Positions 46,613-56,365 of a stretch of DNA of 64,000 nt are shown here, piece after piece. The notes under the pieces are model-generated. The model was not told where the DNA came from. It saw only the letters and a program-made list of their open reading frames with translations, and did no database searches. This DNA comes from Vulcanimicrobiota bacterium (GTDB lineage Bacteria; Vulcanimicrobiota; Xenobia; Xenobiales; JADMJV01), in assembly GCA_050250895.1 (NCBI GenBank), contig JBFWNU010000001.1:1480008-1544007 (forward strand), read 5' to 3'. The position numbers were made by a program, and so were the translations under genes. How positions within the stretch are numbered: position 1 is the first letter of the stretch; the number at the start of each line of letters is the position of its first letter.

Positions 46613-48919
46613 ATGCGGCAGCGAGTGGTTCAATGGTTTTTTTTGGTGCTTCTGACGGGTCGCCTCTGGGCGGCTCCGCCACTGGCTGTTCCCGATCCCT
46701 CTAACGGTCAGCTGCTGTTGCTCAAAGACGGGGCCGTGAGGGCCCTGGCCCTCGAAGATGGCCAGGAGCTTTGGAGAACTGCCGTCGACGGAGCCTCGGA
46801 AGGCAAGCTCCTGGTGGTCGACGGTCAACGCTACCTCGCTACCCCCGACAAACTCTACTCCGTGGCTCGCGACGGTGAGGTCGAGCAGTTGGCCGAAATG
46901 GATTGGGGGCCGCAAAGCTATTCTGGCGGCTTGCTCTATGGCTTTGGTGGAAGTGTCTTCTATCGTGGACCCGTGCCCTGGGAAGCCAAAGTGGCCAAGA
47001 TCCAGGCGGTCCTCGAGGCCCCGGATGCGCTGGTTCTCACTACCGAAAAAGAGCTGCTGGTGCTCGACAAAGAGGGCAAGCTGCTGTGGAAAAGCGCGCG
47101 AGCGGCGACCGACCAGGGCCCCTGGCTGCTGAAGGACCTGGTGGTGGTGGGTCGTGGCCAGGACCTGCTAGGCTTCGCTCTGGCCGATGGGCAGCGGCGC
47201 TGGGACTATCGTCTCCGAGGCGATCTGGTCGGCGCCCCCGCCGTCAAAGACGACCTGATGCTGGCATCGTTCAAGGTGGATACCCAGCATTATGTGGTCG
47301 GCATGGGGGCCGACGGCCGTCCGCGTTTTCGCGTGCCCATGGAGGGGACGGTGGTCTCCATGTTGCCTGGCTCGACCCATCTGATTTTCTGCGAGGGTGA
47401 GGGTGGCATCAGCATCTCGGCGCTAGATGAAGCGGGAGTGGCCACCGGGCGATGGGGCTTCGCCGGCGAACTGGTCAAGGCCGTCGAGATGGATGGCAAA
47501 GTCTATGTTTTCATCCGCACCAAGCTGAGCGAGCCCAAATTCGATCTGCCCGGGGCGGCCTTCACCTGGAAACTATTCACCCCCAAGCTCAAACCCGTCT
47601 ACAACCTCAAGACCGGTGAGCCCATGCAGGAAGATATCCAGGGCTACCTGTTGCTGTCGTGGGTGCCGGGCCAGACGCCTGACCAGCTGGCTTCAGAGCC
47701 CCGCCAGAGTCTGGTCGGTCCTATTCAGGTGGTCGAGGACACTTTGCTCTATGCCACCCAGTTTCGCCCCGAGCGTCAGGCCGGCCAGCGGGTCAAGACC
47801 GATTGGCGTCACCCTTACGAGCCGGTGGCCGTGCATGGCGTTCATCAGGGTCAGAGCTGGACCTACGCCCCCACCGAGCGCCGCCAGGCCCCTAGCAAAG
47901 ACCGCCTGCCCGACAAAGCCTTTCCGGTGGATGGCACGAGTTTGCTCTTCACCACGGAAGACGACCGTCTGGCTGCCCTCGCGTTGGCCAGCGGCCAACC
48001 CCTGTGGGAGACCTCGAAGATGCGTCTCGACGAAGGGTCGGCCAGTATCGTGGCTGACGACCAGGGATTGACGGTGTTGACCCAGGTCGGGGCGCTGCAC
48101 TATGCCTATCGGGTCAAGGCTGGTCAGGTGGGCTGGCACAAACCCCTCACCGACGTGTTTTTGTGGGACAAGTTCAACAATCTCATGGGCGTGCTGATCC
48201 TGTGTGCGGCTCTGTGCTACTTCATCTTCGCGGCTCGCCGCCGGGATCTGTTCATCCGGCGCATTGCCGGTCTCAACGCCCTCGACGAGGCGGTGGGCCG
48301 GGCCACCGAGATGGGCAAACCCGTCCTCTATGTTACCGGGCTGGCCGATGTTGACGACATTCAGACCCTGGCATCGCTCTCGATCCTGGGTCACGTGGCC
48401 AAGAAGACCGCCGAATACGACACTCCGATCCTGGTGCCCACCAGCCGGGCGGTGGCCTTCAGCGCGGCTCAAGAGGTGGTCAAGGAGGCCTACACGGCCG
48501 CCGGCCGCCCCGACGCCTTCGTGGCTGATAATGTGCGCTATCTGACCGACGACCAGTTCGGCTACACGGCCGGGATCGACGGCATGATGCTGCGCGAGCG
48601 TCCGGCCGCCAACTTCTACATGGGCAAGTTTTATGCCGAGTCTCTGATTCTGGCCGAGACCGGCCACGCCACCGGGGCCATCCAGATTGCCGGTACGGCG
48701 ATGCCCAGCCAGTTACCGTTCTTCGTGGCCGCCTGCGATTACACGCTGATCGGTGAAGAATTGTTCGCGGCCTCGGCCTATCTTTCCAAAGACCCGCTCC
48801 AGGTCGGCAGCTTACGCGGCCAGGACGTGGGCAAGGCGATCGTGATGGTGTGCCTGGTGCTAGGCGCCCTGGCCATCACCTTCGGTTACGATTTCGTCAA
48901 AGGTTGGTTCGCCACATGA
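46613..48919 (+). CDS. Exported PQQ/BamB-like beta-propeller fused through a TM segment to a DUF6754-like domain
   Basis: Signal peptide; LA..DG...W repeats; TM; IRRIAGL.A.DEAVGRATEMGKP...QLPFFVAACDYTLIGEE. Confidence 0.8.
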   Translation: MRQRVVQWFFLVLLTGRLWAAPPLAVPDPSNGQLLLLKDGAVRALALEDGQELWRTAVDGASEGKLLVVDGQRYLATPDKLYSVARDGEVEQLAEMDWGPQSYSGGLLYGFGGSVFYRGPVPWEAKVAKIQAVLEAPDALVLTTEKELLVLDKEGKLLWKSARAATDQGPWLLKDLVVVGRGQDLLGFALADGQRRWDYRLRGDLVGAPAVKDDLMLASFKVDTQHYVVGMGADGRPRFRVPMEGTVVSMLPGSTHLIFCEGEGGISISALDEAGVATGRWGFAGELVKAVEMDGKVYVFIRTKLSEPKFDLPGAAFTWKLFTPKLKPVYNLKTGEPMQEDIQGYLLLSWVPGQTPDQLASEPRQSLVGPIQVVEDTLLYATQFRPERQAGQRVKTDWRHPYEPVAVHGVHQGQSWTYAPTERRQAPSKDRLPDKAFPVDGTSLLFTTEDDRLAALALASGQPLWETSKMRLDEGSASIVADDQGLTVLTQVGALHYAYRVKAGQVGWHKPLTDVFLWDKFNNLMGVLILCAALCYFIFAARRRDLFIRRIAGLNALDEAVGRATEMGKPVLYVTGLADVDDIQTLASLSILGHVAKKTAEYDTPILVPTSRAVAFSAAQEVVKEAYTAAGRPDAFVADNVRYLTDDQFGYTAGIDGMMLRERPAANFYMGKFYAESLILAETGHATGAIQIAGTAMPSQLPFFVAACDYTLIGEELFAASAYLSKDPLQVGSLRGQDVGKAIVMVCLVLGALAITFGYDFVKGWFAT

Positions 48920-49593
48920 TGCGTCGCCAGATACCGCTCATCATCACCTTCCTGTCCGGGTTGGTGCTGGTGGTTCAATACTACTTTTCTACCCTCAACC
49001 ACATCGGCGATACGGTGGCCGACTGGTTTCAGGCGATTAGCGCTTTCGCCTACGTGTTGGGCGCGGCTAGCCTGGTGGTGGTCAACGGCCGCAAGATCCA
49101 GCGCCAGTCTCCGGGCTGGTTCTACAATCTCGTCTTGCTACTGTCGCTATTCATCACTCTCTATGTGGGCATGTTCAACGACTTCATCGGGTTGGGCTAT
49201 CCCGGGCATAACCCGGTGGCCGAAGGCACGACCTTCGACTGGCTCTTCCAGTATGTTCACACCCCGCTCTCGGCCACCATGTTCAGCTTGCTGGCTTTCT
49301 TCATCGCCTCGGCTGCCTACCGTGCTTTCAAAGCGCGCAGTATCGAGTCGACCTTACTACTGGGCTCGGCCTTTCTGGTGATGATCTTCCGCGTTCCCCT
49401 GGGTGAGTTGATCTGGAACGAGTCGGGCCTGGGCAACTGGTTCTCCATCGGCAAGTTCATCGATGACTACATCATGGGTGGCTTTAACGTGGCCGGCCAG
49501 CGAGCCATTCAGGTGGCCGCGGCCATCGGCCTGATTTCGGTCTCGCTCAAAATCATGCTCGGCATCGAGCGGTCCTATCTGGGAGGTGACTAG
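48916..49593 (+). CDS. Polytopic membrane protein (operon subunit)
   Basis: About 6 TM; PLSATMFSLLAFFIASAAYRAF, LGIERSYLG. Confidence 0.8.
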   Translation: MMRRQIPLIITFLSGLVLVVQYYFSTLNHIGDTVADWFQAISAFAYVLGAASLVVVNGRKIQRQSPGWFYNLVLLLSLFITLYVGMFNDFIGLGYPGHNPVAEGTTFDWLFQYVHTPLSATMFSLLAFFIASAAYRAFKARSIESTLLLGSAFLVMIFRVPLGELIWNESGLGNWFSIGKFIDDYIMGGFNVAGQRAIQVAAAIGLISVSLKIMLGIERSYLGGD

Positions 49594-50453
49594 TGGAGCA
49601 GCCCAAGCCCCAGAACGCCGATATCCTCACCCGGCTGGCTACCCTCGATCGGCGCATCATCTTCATCGTCATCGCCTTTGCCGTGGCCATCCCCATCTTT
49701 TTCCCCCTGGGGTTACCCATTGCGCCGACCAAATCGGTGATCGGAGCCTACGACTATACCGAGAAGCTAAAACCCGGCAGCCTGTTGCTCTTTTCATACG
49801 ACTACGGCCCGTCGACCAAGGTCGAGCTACACCCGATGGTTTTGGCTGCCATGGACCAGGTGCTCAAGAAAGACTGCAAGATCATCGGCATGGCCCTCTA
49901 TCCTGAGGGCCAGGCTCTGTGCGACGAGTCGTTTGCGGCCATGATGAAGCTGCACCCCGACAAGAAATACGGCGTCGATCTCGTCAACCTGGGCTATAAG
50001 GCCGGCAACGAGGGCGTGCTGGTCAGTCTGGGCCTCGACTTTCGCGGCCTCTTTCCGGTCGATGCCCGAGGCACGCCCCTATCCGACATTCCCGCCCTGC
50101 GCAGGATCACGCGTCTGCAAGATTTCGACCTGGTGGCCAGCTACTCGGCCGGCTATCCCGGAGCCCTCGAGCACATCCGTCTAACCAACGCCCAGTATGG
50201 CTTGCCGCTGATCGTCGGGACCACGGCCGTGCAGACTCCCCAGTATTATCCCTATTTCAACTCGGGTCAGCTCAAGGGTCTGATCGGCGGGCTGGGCGGC
50301 GCGGCCGAGTACGAGAAGTTGAGCGGCTTTGAGGGCACAGCCACGTCAGGGATGGACGCCCAATCCATCGCTCACTTCGTCATCGCCGCCTTTATCTTGA
50401 TGGCCAACATCATCTACTTCCTACAGTGGCGTGACCGCCAGGAGGCGCGATGA
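49593..50453 (+). CDS. Membrane-anchored alpha/beta domain protein (operon subunit)
   Basis: N- and C-terminal TMs; DYGPST..EL.P, YPYFNSGQL.GL.GGL.GAAEYE. Confidence 0.8.
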   Translation: MEQPKPQNADILTRLATLDRRIIFIVIAFAVAIPIFFPLGLPIAPTKSVIGAYDYTEKLKPGSLLLFSYDYGPSTKVELHPMVLAAMDQVLKKDCKIIGMALYPEGQALCDESFAAMMKLHPDKKYGVDLVNLGYKAGNEGVLVSLGLDFRGLFPVDARGTPLSDIPALRRITRLQDFDLVASYSAGYPGALEHIRLTNAQYGLPLIVGTTAVQTPQYYPYFNSGQLKGLIGGLGGAAEYEKLSGFEGTATSGMDAQSIAHFVIAAFILMANIIYFLQWRDRQEAR

Positions 50454-51118
50454 CCGAAACCTACACGATATCGCAGGTCTTCGGGATCTGGACGGCCGGT
50501 TTCTTGACCGTCTGCGTGTTCAGCTTTCTCTACGGCGACAACCCGCTTTACAAATTCGCCGAGCACGTCTATGTCGGGGTCTCGGCCGGTTACTGGATGT
50601 GCCTGGGCTACTGGCAGACTATCGAGCCGATCATCTTCGAGCGCTTGCTCAAGTTCGATTGGTGGGCCCTCTTGCCGCTGGGTCTGGGCATCATGCTACT
50701 GTTGCGGTTGTTTCCCCAGACGGCCTGGGTGTCGCGCTGGCCGCTAGCCTTTCTGGTGGGCGTCTATGCCGGTCTCAACATCGTCTTGACCATGCAGGCT
50801 CAAGTGCTCAAGCAGGTCGAGGACACCATCGTGCCCCTGGCGGGCAGCGAGTTGACCTGGGGTCAACTGGTGGTCAACTGGATCCTGGTGGTGGGCTTTT
50901 TTACCGGTCTCATCTATTTCTACTTCTCGGTCGAGCACAAGGGCTGGTTCTTCGGCGGGGCCGCCCGGGTTGGTATCTGGATGCTGATGATCGCCCTGGG
51001 AGCCTCCTTTGGCTATACGGTCATGGCCCGGGTCTCGCTGTTGATCGGGCGGGTCATGTTCTTTAAAGACGAGTTTTTGCCGGCCACCTTGCACTTTTTC
51101 TTGAGAGGTGGCGGATGA
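50450..51118 (+). CDS. Polytopic membrane protein (operon subunit)
   Basis: About 6-7 TM; FSFLYGDNPLYKFAEHVYVGVSAGY, GASFGYTVMARVSLLIGR. Confidence 0.8.
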   Translation: MTETYTISQVFGIWTAGFLTVCVFSFLYGDNPLYKFAEHVYVGVSAGYWMCLGYWQTIEPIIFERLLKFDWWALLPLGLGIMLLLRLFPQTAWVSRWPLAFLVGVYAGLNIVLTMQAQVLKQVEDTIVPLAGSELTWGQLVVNWILVVGFFTGLIYFYFSVEHKGWFFGGAARVGIWMLMIALGASFGYTVMARVSLLIGRVMFFKDEFLPATLHFFLRGGG

Positions 51119-51510
51119 GCATCACCTTTCATCCCGCCGCCGAGCGACCGGTGGCGGCGGCCGGGCTGGCCTTCTTTCTGGGCCTGGTCGGGGCCGTCTT
51201 GATGCACCTGGTCTCACCGGTAGTAGCCCTGTCGCTGAGCTTGGCCCTGGCCGCGTCGCTGGCAAGCTTCTTCTTGCCCACCGTTTACGAGTTCGCCGAC
51301 GAGACCATCACGGTCAGCCGGCTGGGCGCCCGCCAGACTTATGCCTGGTCGCGCTTTCGTAGCTTCGAGCAGGACAAGAACGGAGTCTTCCTCTCTCCTT
51401 ATCGCCAGCGCCATCGCCTGGACCGTTTGCGAGGCGTCTTCCTTCCCCTGGACCGCGCCCGCCGCCATCAACTCAAACCGCTGCTGGAGGCCCGTCTTGT
51501 CGAGCGTTAG
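51115..51510 (+). CDS. Two-TM protein with PH-like (YcxB-like) domain
   Basis: FLPT.YEF.DE.I.V......YAWS.F. Confidence 0.65.
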   Translation: MSITFHPAAERPVAAAGLAFFLGLVGAVLMHLVSPVVALSLSLALAASLASFFLPTVYEFADETITVSRLGARQTYAWSRFRSFEQDKNGVFLSPYRQRHRLDRLRGVFLPLDRARRHQLKPLLEARLVER

Positions 51511-51772
51511 CCAGACCCCCGACGTGGCCACCCTGATCGAGAAGGTCTCGGACCAGATCGTGGCCCGGCGCCTGTCGACGGCGGCCATCTTCATCCTCGA
51601 GTCAGGCAAGCCGCTGACCACCGTGGGTAGCCAGTTTCTGATCTTTCTCGACCCCATCCTCAAGATTTTCTTGACCGTGCCCGACTATCAGCTTTTCATC
51701 GAGCTGCTCGAAGACCGCCAGAAGGTTGAAGAACTCATCTGCGCCATCGAGCGAAAAGAGGACGCGCTGTGA
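51497..51772 (+). CDS. Small hypothetical helical protein
   Basis: GGAGG-N6-TTG; AIFILES.KPL...SQ.L.F. Confidence 0.7.
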   Translation: MSSVSQTPDVATLIEKVSDQIVARRLSTAAIFILESGKPLTTVGSQFLIFLDPILKIFLTVPDYQLFIELLEDRQKVEELICAIERKEDAL

Positions 51773-53556
51773 AAGAGATCCGCAGCATTCTGGCCACCGA
51801 TTGCGGCAGCACCACCACCAAGTGCATCCTGATCGAAAAGCAGGGCGACGAGTATCGGCTGGCCGTGCGCGGCGAGGCTCCCACCACGGTCGAGGCCCCG
51901 GCTGAAGATGTCACCCAGGGGGTGGCCAACGCCGTGGCCGAGGTGCAAGAGCTGGCCGGGCGCCCCATGCTCGACGACAAACGCGAGCTGATCAAGCCTT
52001 ACGACGGCAAACAGGGAGTCGACATCTATCTCTCGACCTCGTCGGCGGGCGGGGGTTTGCAGATGGTGGTGGGCGGGGTGGTTCGCGAGATGACGGCCAA
52101 GAGCGCCCAGAAGGCCGCGCTGGGGGCCGGAGCCATCGTGATGGACGTGCTGGCCTCTAACGACAAGCGCCTGCCCCACGAGAAAATCGAGACCATTCGC
52201 CAGCTGCGCCCCGACATGGTGCTGCTGGCCGGCGGAGTCGACGGGGGCACGGTCAAGCATGTGGTCGAGTTGGCTCAGATCGTGGGCGCGGCCGACCCGC
52301 GGCCGCGCCTGGGCGTGAGCTACGAGTTGCCGGTCATCTTCGCGGGCAACATCGACGCTCGCGAGAACGTCGAACAGATCCTGGGACACAAGACGGCGCT
52401 CGAAGTGGTCGACAACCTGCGGCCCTCGATGGAGAAGGAGAATCTCCAGCCCTCGCGCCTCAAGATTCAGGACCAGTTTCTCGAGCACGTCATGGCTCAC
52501 GCGCCCGGCTATCCGCGCCTGATGACCTGGGTCGACGAAGAGATCATGCCGACCCCGGCGGCGGTCGGCTCGATCATGCAGCGGATCGCCGAGAAATACG
52601 ACATCACCGTGGTCGGGGTCGACATCGGCGGCGCTACCACGGATGTCTTCTCGGTCTTCGAGGGAGTCTTCAACCGCACCGTCTCGGCCAACTACGGCAT
52701 GAGCTATTCGTTCTCGAACGTCTTTGCCGACGCCGGCATCGATAACGTCATGCGGTGGGTGCCGTTCGACATGGAAGAGCGTGATCTGCGCAACCGCATC
52801 AAGAACAAGATGATCCGGCCCACCTCGATCCCCTATCTGATGACCGAGTTGGTGGTCGAGCAAGCCATGGCTCGCGAGGCCCTGCGCCTATCCTTTGACC
52901 AGCACAAGCTGCTGGCTACCGGCCTCAAGGGGGTGCAGAGGGTCAACGACATCTCGGCCATGTTCAGCTTTGGCGAAGCGCCTGAAGACACCCTGGTCAA
53001 CGTGATGGAGTTGGACATGCTGATCGGCTCGGGAGGAGTGCTCTCGCATGCCCCCCGCCGGGCTCAGTCGGCTATGATGATGATCGACGCCTTCTTGCCC
53101 GAGGGGGTCACGCAGCTAACGGTCGACTCGATCTTCATGATGCCTCAGCTGGGCGTGCTGGCCAAGGTGCACCCCGAGGCGGCTACCCAGGTGTTCGAGA
53201 AGGACTGCCTGATCTATCTTGGCACCTGTATTGCTCCGGTGGGCCCCTCCAAACCGGGGCGCACCGTGTTGACCGGCACCATCGGGAGCACGGACTTCGA
53301 GCTTCGCTATGGCGAGCTGAAGGTGATTCCCATGAAGGTCGGCGAGAAGGCGTGGGCCCTGTTGCGCCCCACCCGAGGACTGGACGTGGGCGCCGGTCGC
53401 GGCCACCCTCTCGAAACGACCGTCCATGGTGGCGTGGCCGGCATTATCCTCGACGGCCGCGGTCGCCGCCCCTTCGAGGTGCCCAAAGACAAGCAAGAAC
53501 GGATCGAGAAGCTACTGGCCTGGAACAAGGCTCTCGATCTCTATCCGGAGTTCTAA
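51769..53556 (+). CDS. Glutamate mutase L (GlmL)-like ASKHA ATPase
   Basis: TDCGSTTTK, TSSAGGGL, LLAGGVDGG, MPTP, VDIGGATTDVFS, IGSGGVLSHAP. Confidence 0.85.
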   Translation: MKEIRSILATDCGSTTTKCILIEKQGDEYRLAVRGEAPTTVEAPAEDVTQGVANAVAEVQELAGRPMLDDKRELIKPYDGKQGVDIYLSTSSAGGGLQMVVGGVVREMTAKSAQKAALGAGAIVMDVLASNDKRLPHEKIETIRQLRPDMVLLAGGVDGGTVKHVVELAQIVGAADPRPRLGVSYELPVIFAGNIDARENVEQILGHKTALEVVDNLRPSMEKENLQPSRLKIQDQFLEHVMAHAPGYPRLMTWVDEEIMPTPAAVGSIMQRIAEKYDITVVGVDIGGATTDVFSVFEGVFNRTVSANYGMSYSFSNVFADAGIDNVMRWVPFDMEERDLRNRIKNKMIRPTSIPYLMTELVVEQAMAREALRLSFDQHKLLATGLKGVQRVNDISAMFSFGEAPEDTLVNVMELDMLIGSGGVLSHAPRRAQSAMMMIDAFLPEGVTQLTVDSIFMMPQLGVLAKVHPEAATQVFEKDCLIYLGTCIAPVGPSKPGRTVLTGTIGSTDFELRYGELKVIPMKVGEKAWALLRPTRGLDVGAGRGHPLETTVHGGVAGIILDGRGRRPFEVPKDKQERIEKLLAWNKALDLYPEF

Positions 53557-54677
53557 TGGGAGCCTACACACCCGGCCTCAAGGTCACCGAGAATACGCTG
53601 CTCAAGCTCGAGCGGCGCCTGCCCCTGGATGGCGAGGTGCTCGCGCAGGAAGGCGACAAGGTCGTCTGGGACACCATCGTGGCCCGCACCGACCTGCCCG
53701 GTCGAGTGGACATGATCAACGTGGCCAACAAGCTGGGTATCGAGGCAGCGGCCGTGCCTGGGGCGATGTTCAAGAAGGTCGGCGAGCCCATCGGAAAAGG
53801 CGACCCGATGGCTCAGAACGAGGGTTTTTTCGGGTTTTTCAAGTCGACTCTGCCGGCCCCGATGGCGGGCACCATCGAATCGGTCTCGGAGATCACCGGT
53901 CAGGTCATCTTGCGGGCTCCGCCACGACTGGTCGAGATTTCGGCCTATGTCGAGGGGGTGGTCGATCAGGTGCTGCCCAACCAGGGGGTGGTGGTCAAGA
54001 CTTTCGGCACTTTTATCCAGGGTATTTTCGGCATCGGCGGCGAGACCTCGGGCGAACTGGTGATGGTGGCCGAGGCTCCCGACCAGCCGATGACCCCCGA
54101 TCAAATCAAGCCCGAACACGCCGGTAAGATCGTAGTCGGCGGCAGCCTGGTCACCAACCCGGTGCTGGCGGCCGCCATTTCGACCGGGGTGAAGGGTCTC
54201 ATCGTGGGCGGGATTCACGACCAGGACCTGCGCGATTTTCTGGGCTACGACCTGGGCGTGGCCATTACCGGCTCCGAGCGCAAGGGGGTGACCCTGGTAG
54301 TCACCGAGGGCTTTGGCCCCATCCCCATGGCTCGGCGCACCTTCGAGCTGTTGCGCTCGAAGGTGGGCCGGCGCGCCTCAATGTCGGGGGCCACCCAGAT
54401 CCGCGCCGGCGTGATTCGCCCCGAAGTGATCATTCCCGAGCTCGAAGGCGACTGGCTGCAGAGCGAAGACCGCGTGCTCGATCTCGAACTGGCCGTAGGC
54501 GCTCCGGTGCGTATCATCCGTGAGCCCAACTTTGGCCGCCTGGCCAAGGTGGTGGCCCTGCCGGTCGAACCGGCCGTCATTCCCAGCGAGGCCAAGGTGC
54601 GAGTGGCCGAGATCGAACTCGAAGGCGGCGAGCGAATGATTTTGCCCCGAGCGAATCTGGAGCTGATCGAAGGCTGA
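53556..54677 (+). CDS. Hypothetical protein with barrel-sandwich hybrid motifs and C-terminal KOW/SH3-like domain
   Basis: GEVL..EGD.V, VGE.I.KGD.MA...APMAGTI, VGAPVRIIREP.FG; TAATG-coupled to the GlmL-like gene. Confidence 0.75.
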   Translation: MGAYTPGLKVTENTLLKLERRLPLDGEVLAQEGDKVVWDTIVARTDLPGRVDMINVANKLGIEAAAVPGAMFKKVGEPIGKGDPMAQNEGFFGFFKSTLPAPMAGTIESVSEITGQVILRAPPRLVEISAYVEGVVDQVLPNQGVVVKTFGTFIQGIFGIGGETSGELVMVAEAPDQPMTPDQIKPEHAGKIVVGGSLVTNPVLAAAISTGVKGLIVGGIHDQDLRDFLGYDLGVAITGSERKGVTLVVTEGFGPIPMARRTFELLRSKVGRRASMSGATQIRAGVIRPEVIIPELEGDWLQSEDRVLDLELAVGAPVRIIREPNFGRLAKVVALPVEPAVIPSEAKVRVAEIELEGGERMILPRANLELIEG

Positions 54678-54815
54678 GGCCGCTCGCTTTGCTCGCCGGG
54701 GAGCGCTCGCTGTGCTCGCGAGAAAGGAGCGCCGACTGCGTCGGCGGGAGTGGGAGCTCTTGCTTCGCTCGAGGGAAGGGAGCGTCGGTCGCTGCCGCTC
54801 CCTCCGGGAGTTGGG

Positions 54816-55709
54816 CTAAAGGGCCAGGTCGAGCAGGAGTTTGGTGTGGCCTCGGGTGAGGCGCCAGCGGGGTTGGGCGCGCTCAAGGCGGGTCCAGCCG
54901 AGGGTCAGAATGTCGCCTGGCTCGAGGCCGAGTTGATGCAGCGGTCCCTGGCAGCCCGGTGAGCAGCTGATATGGTAGACATCCCACTCACTGTCGAGCC
55001 GGCAGCCGGGTTGCAGTCGCCCGCGGACGGCCACGGCCTGGTGGGTGCGCTGCAGCCGATCGGCCCGGTCGACGACTTCGAGTTGTCGCGAAAGCGGAGC
55101 GGTAGCCATCCAGCCGTCGGCCCCCCGGGTGAAGCTGACATCGGGAAATTCACTCTCGAGAGCACGGATGATGCTATCATCCTGGGTATTGGGCTGAAAG
55201 GGAAGTGGCCCTGACTGCACGGGTGTTTGGTCGATGGCTGCGAGCAGGCGCTTGAAGGCCAGCAGATCCACCAGGGAGCCGACACAGTAGAAGCCGTTCA
55301 GCTTCGGATGTAAGCGGAGGACCATGGTAGGAAATCGACGCTGCATGAGAGGCAGCAACTCTCGGGCCGACGCCCCTTCCAGTAGAAACTCCTGACCGCA
55401 GTACTCCCCTCGGATATCGCGCACCGGGATGAGTAGCAACTGGCGGCCGACCAGCTTCCACTCGTCGCGGCCCACTATTTCATCGAGGGCCTGTAGGGCC
55501 GATGCGCCGGTCAAGTCGAGGTTGACCTGGCCCTCGAGGTTACCGATCACTTCCAGGCCGGCCCGCTGGGCGACCAGGGCGATGGCCTGGTCGCGGCCGA
55601 ATTGGCCCCGCAGTTCGACCGGCGTCTCGAGGCCGATAGGTTGGCGGGTGAGGGCCGCCGAGAGGACCACGACCACCAGCAAGAACCCGAGTTCGGCCAC
55701 TCTTCGCAC
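54816..55709 (-). CDS. Protein with secretin N-terminal-like (STN/N1) domains and no barrel
   Basis: AI..VA..AGL.V....G.V.L.L......ALD.I; LN.F...G....L..F..L...ID. Confidence 0.55.
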   Translation of the reverse strand: MRRVAELGFLLVVVVLSAALTRQPIGLETPVELRGQFGRDQAIALVAQRAGLEVIGNLEGQVNLDLTGASALQALDEIVGRDEWKLVGRQLLLIPVRDIRGEYCGQEFLLEGASARELLPLMQRRFPTMVLRLHPKLNGFYCVGSLVDLLAFKRLLAAIDQTPVQSGPLPFQPNTQDDSIIRALESEFPDVSFTRGADGWMATAPLSRQLEVVDRADRLQRTHQAVAVRGRLQPGCRLDSEWDVYHISCSPGCQGPLHQLGLEPGDILTLGWTRLERAQPRWRLTRGHTKLLLDLAL

Positions 55710-55711
55710 GT

Positions 55712-56323
55712 TCAGTCCCACCACAGGTCGAGCATCTGCTCTTGCCGGATCTGTTCTTGCAGAGCTTCGATGTCGCCCAGGCCTTGATCGACGATGTCGG
55801 GGCAGAAGCGGTAGACGCGGGCGGCGAACTCGGGGAGGGGGTCGGGCACCTTCTTGAGTCGCAAAGTGATGGAGTCGGTACTGGCCTGATAGATGTCGAT
55901 ACCTAGCTCGCGGTCCCAGGCTTGCAGCTCGTCGACGAGATCCGAGGTGCTCAGGCCATAGTTGACCGCGTCGCTGGCGGCCACCCGCAGGATTTCAAAC
56001 TGGTTCGAGCCGGGGGCGACCACCAACTCGGTGCCCTGGGCGGGCGGGTCGGCCAGGCTGTGGATGGTGCCGATGAAGGCCACGTAGCCGGCCGGCAGGC
56101 GAGCCCGGATGTCGGCTAACAGGGGTTCGGCTTGCTCAGGGTCGACCAGCACCGAACGCGCACCATCGTAACGCTCACGACCGAATTCGCGGGTAGAAAA
56201 AGGACGCACGGGCTGACCGGTGGCCTCGGCCAGGACTTGCTCGGCCGGGTCGCTGGCGCCGCCTGGGCCGCAGGCCACCATCAAAGCCAGCATCAGCATG
56301 CCAAAGTCGCGCAGTCTGGACAC
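55712..56323 (-). CDS. DUF4253 domain lipoprotein
   Basis: MVAC lipobox; FCPDIVDQG...L..L.......LWWD. Confidence 0.85.
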   Translation of the reverse strand: MSRLRDFGMLMLALMVACGPGGASDPAEQVLAEATGQPVRPFSTREFGRERYDGARSVLVDPEQAEPLLADIRARLPAGYVAFIGTIHSLADPPAQGTELVVAPGSNQFEILRVAASDAVNYGLSTSDLVDELQAWDRELGIDIYQASTDSITLRLKKVPDPLPEFAARVYRFCPDIVDQGLGDIEALQEQIRQEQMLDLWWD

Positions 56324-56365
56324 TTTAGAACTATTCGGGCCTGGCGAACGAGCGCCTTTGATCGA

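Noticed and set aside
51769-53556. Calling a glutamate mutase pathway or DNA-repair MutL
   Set aside because: No GlmE/GlmS or methylaspartase in the window; the motifs are ASKHA, not GHKL
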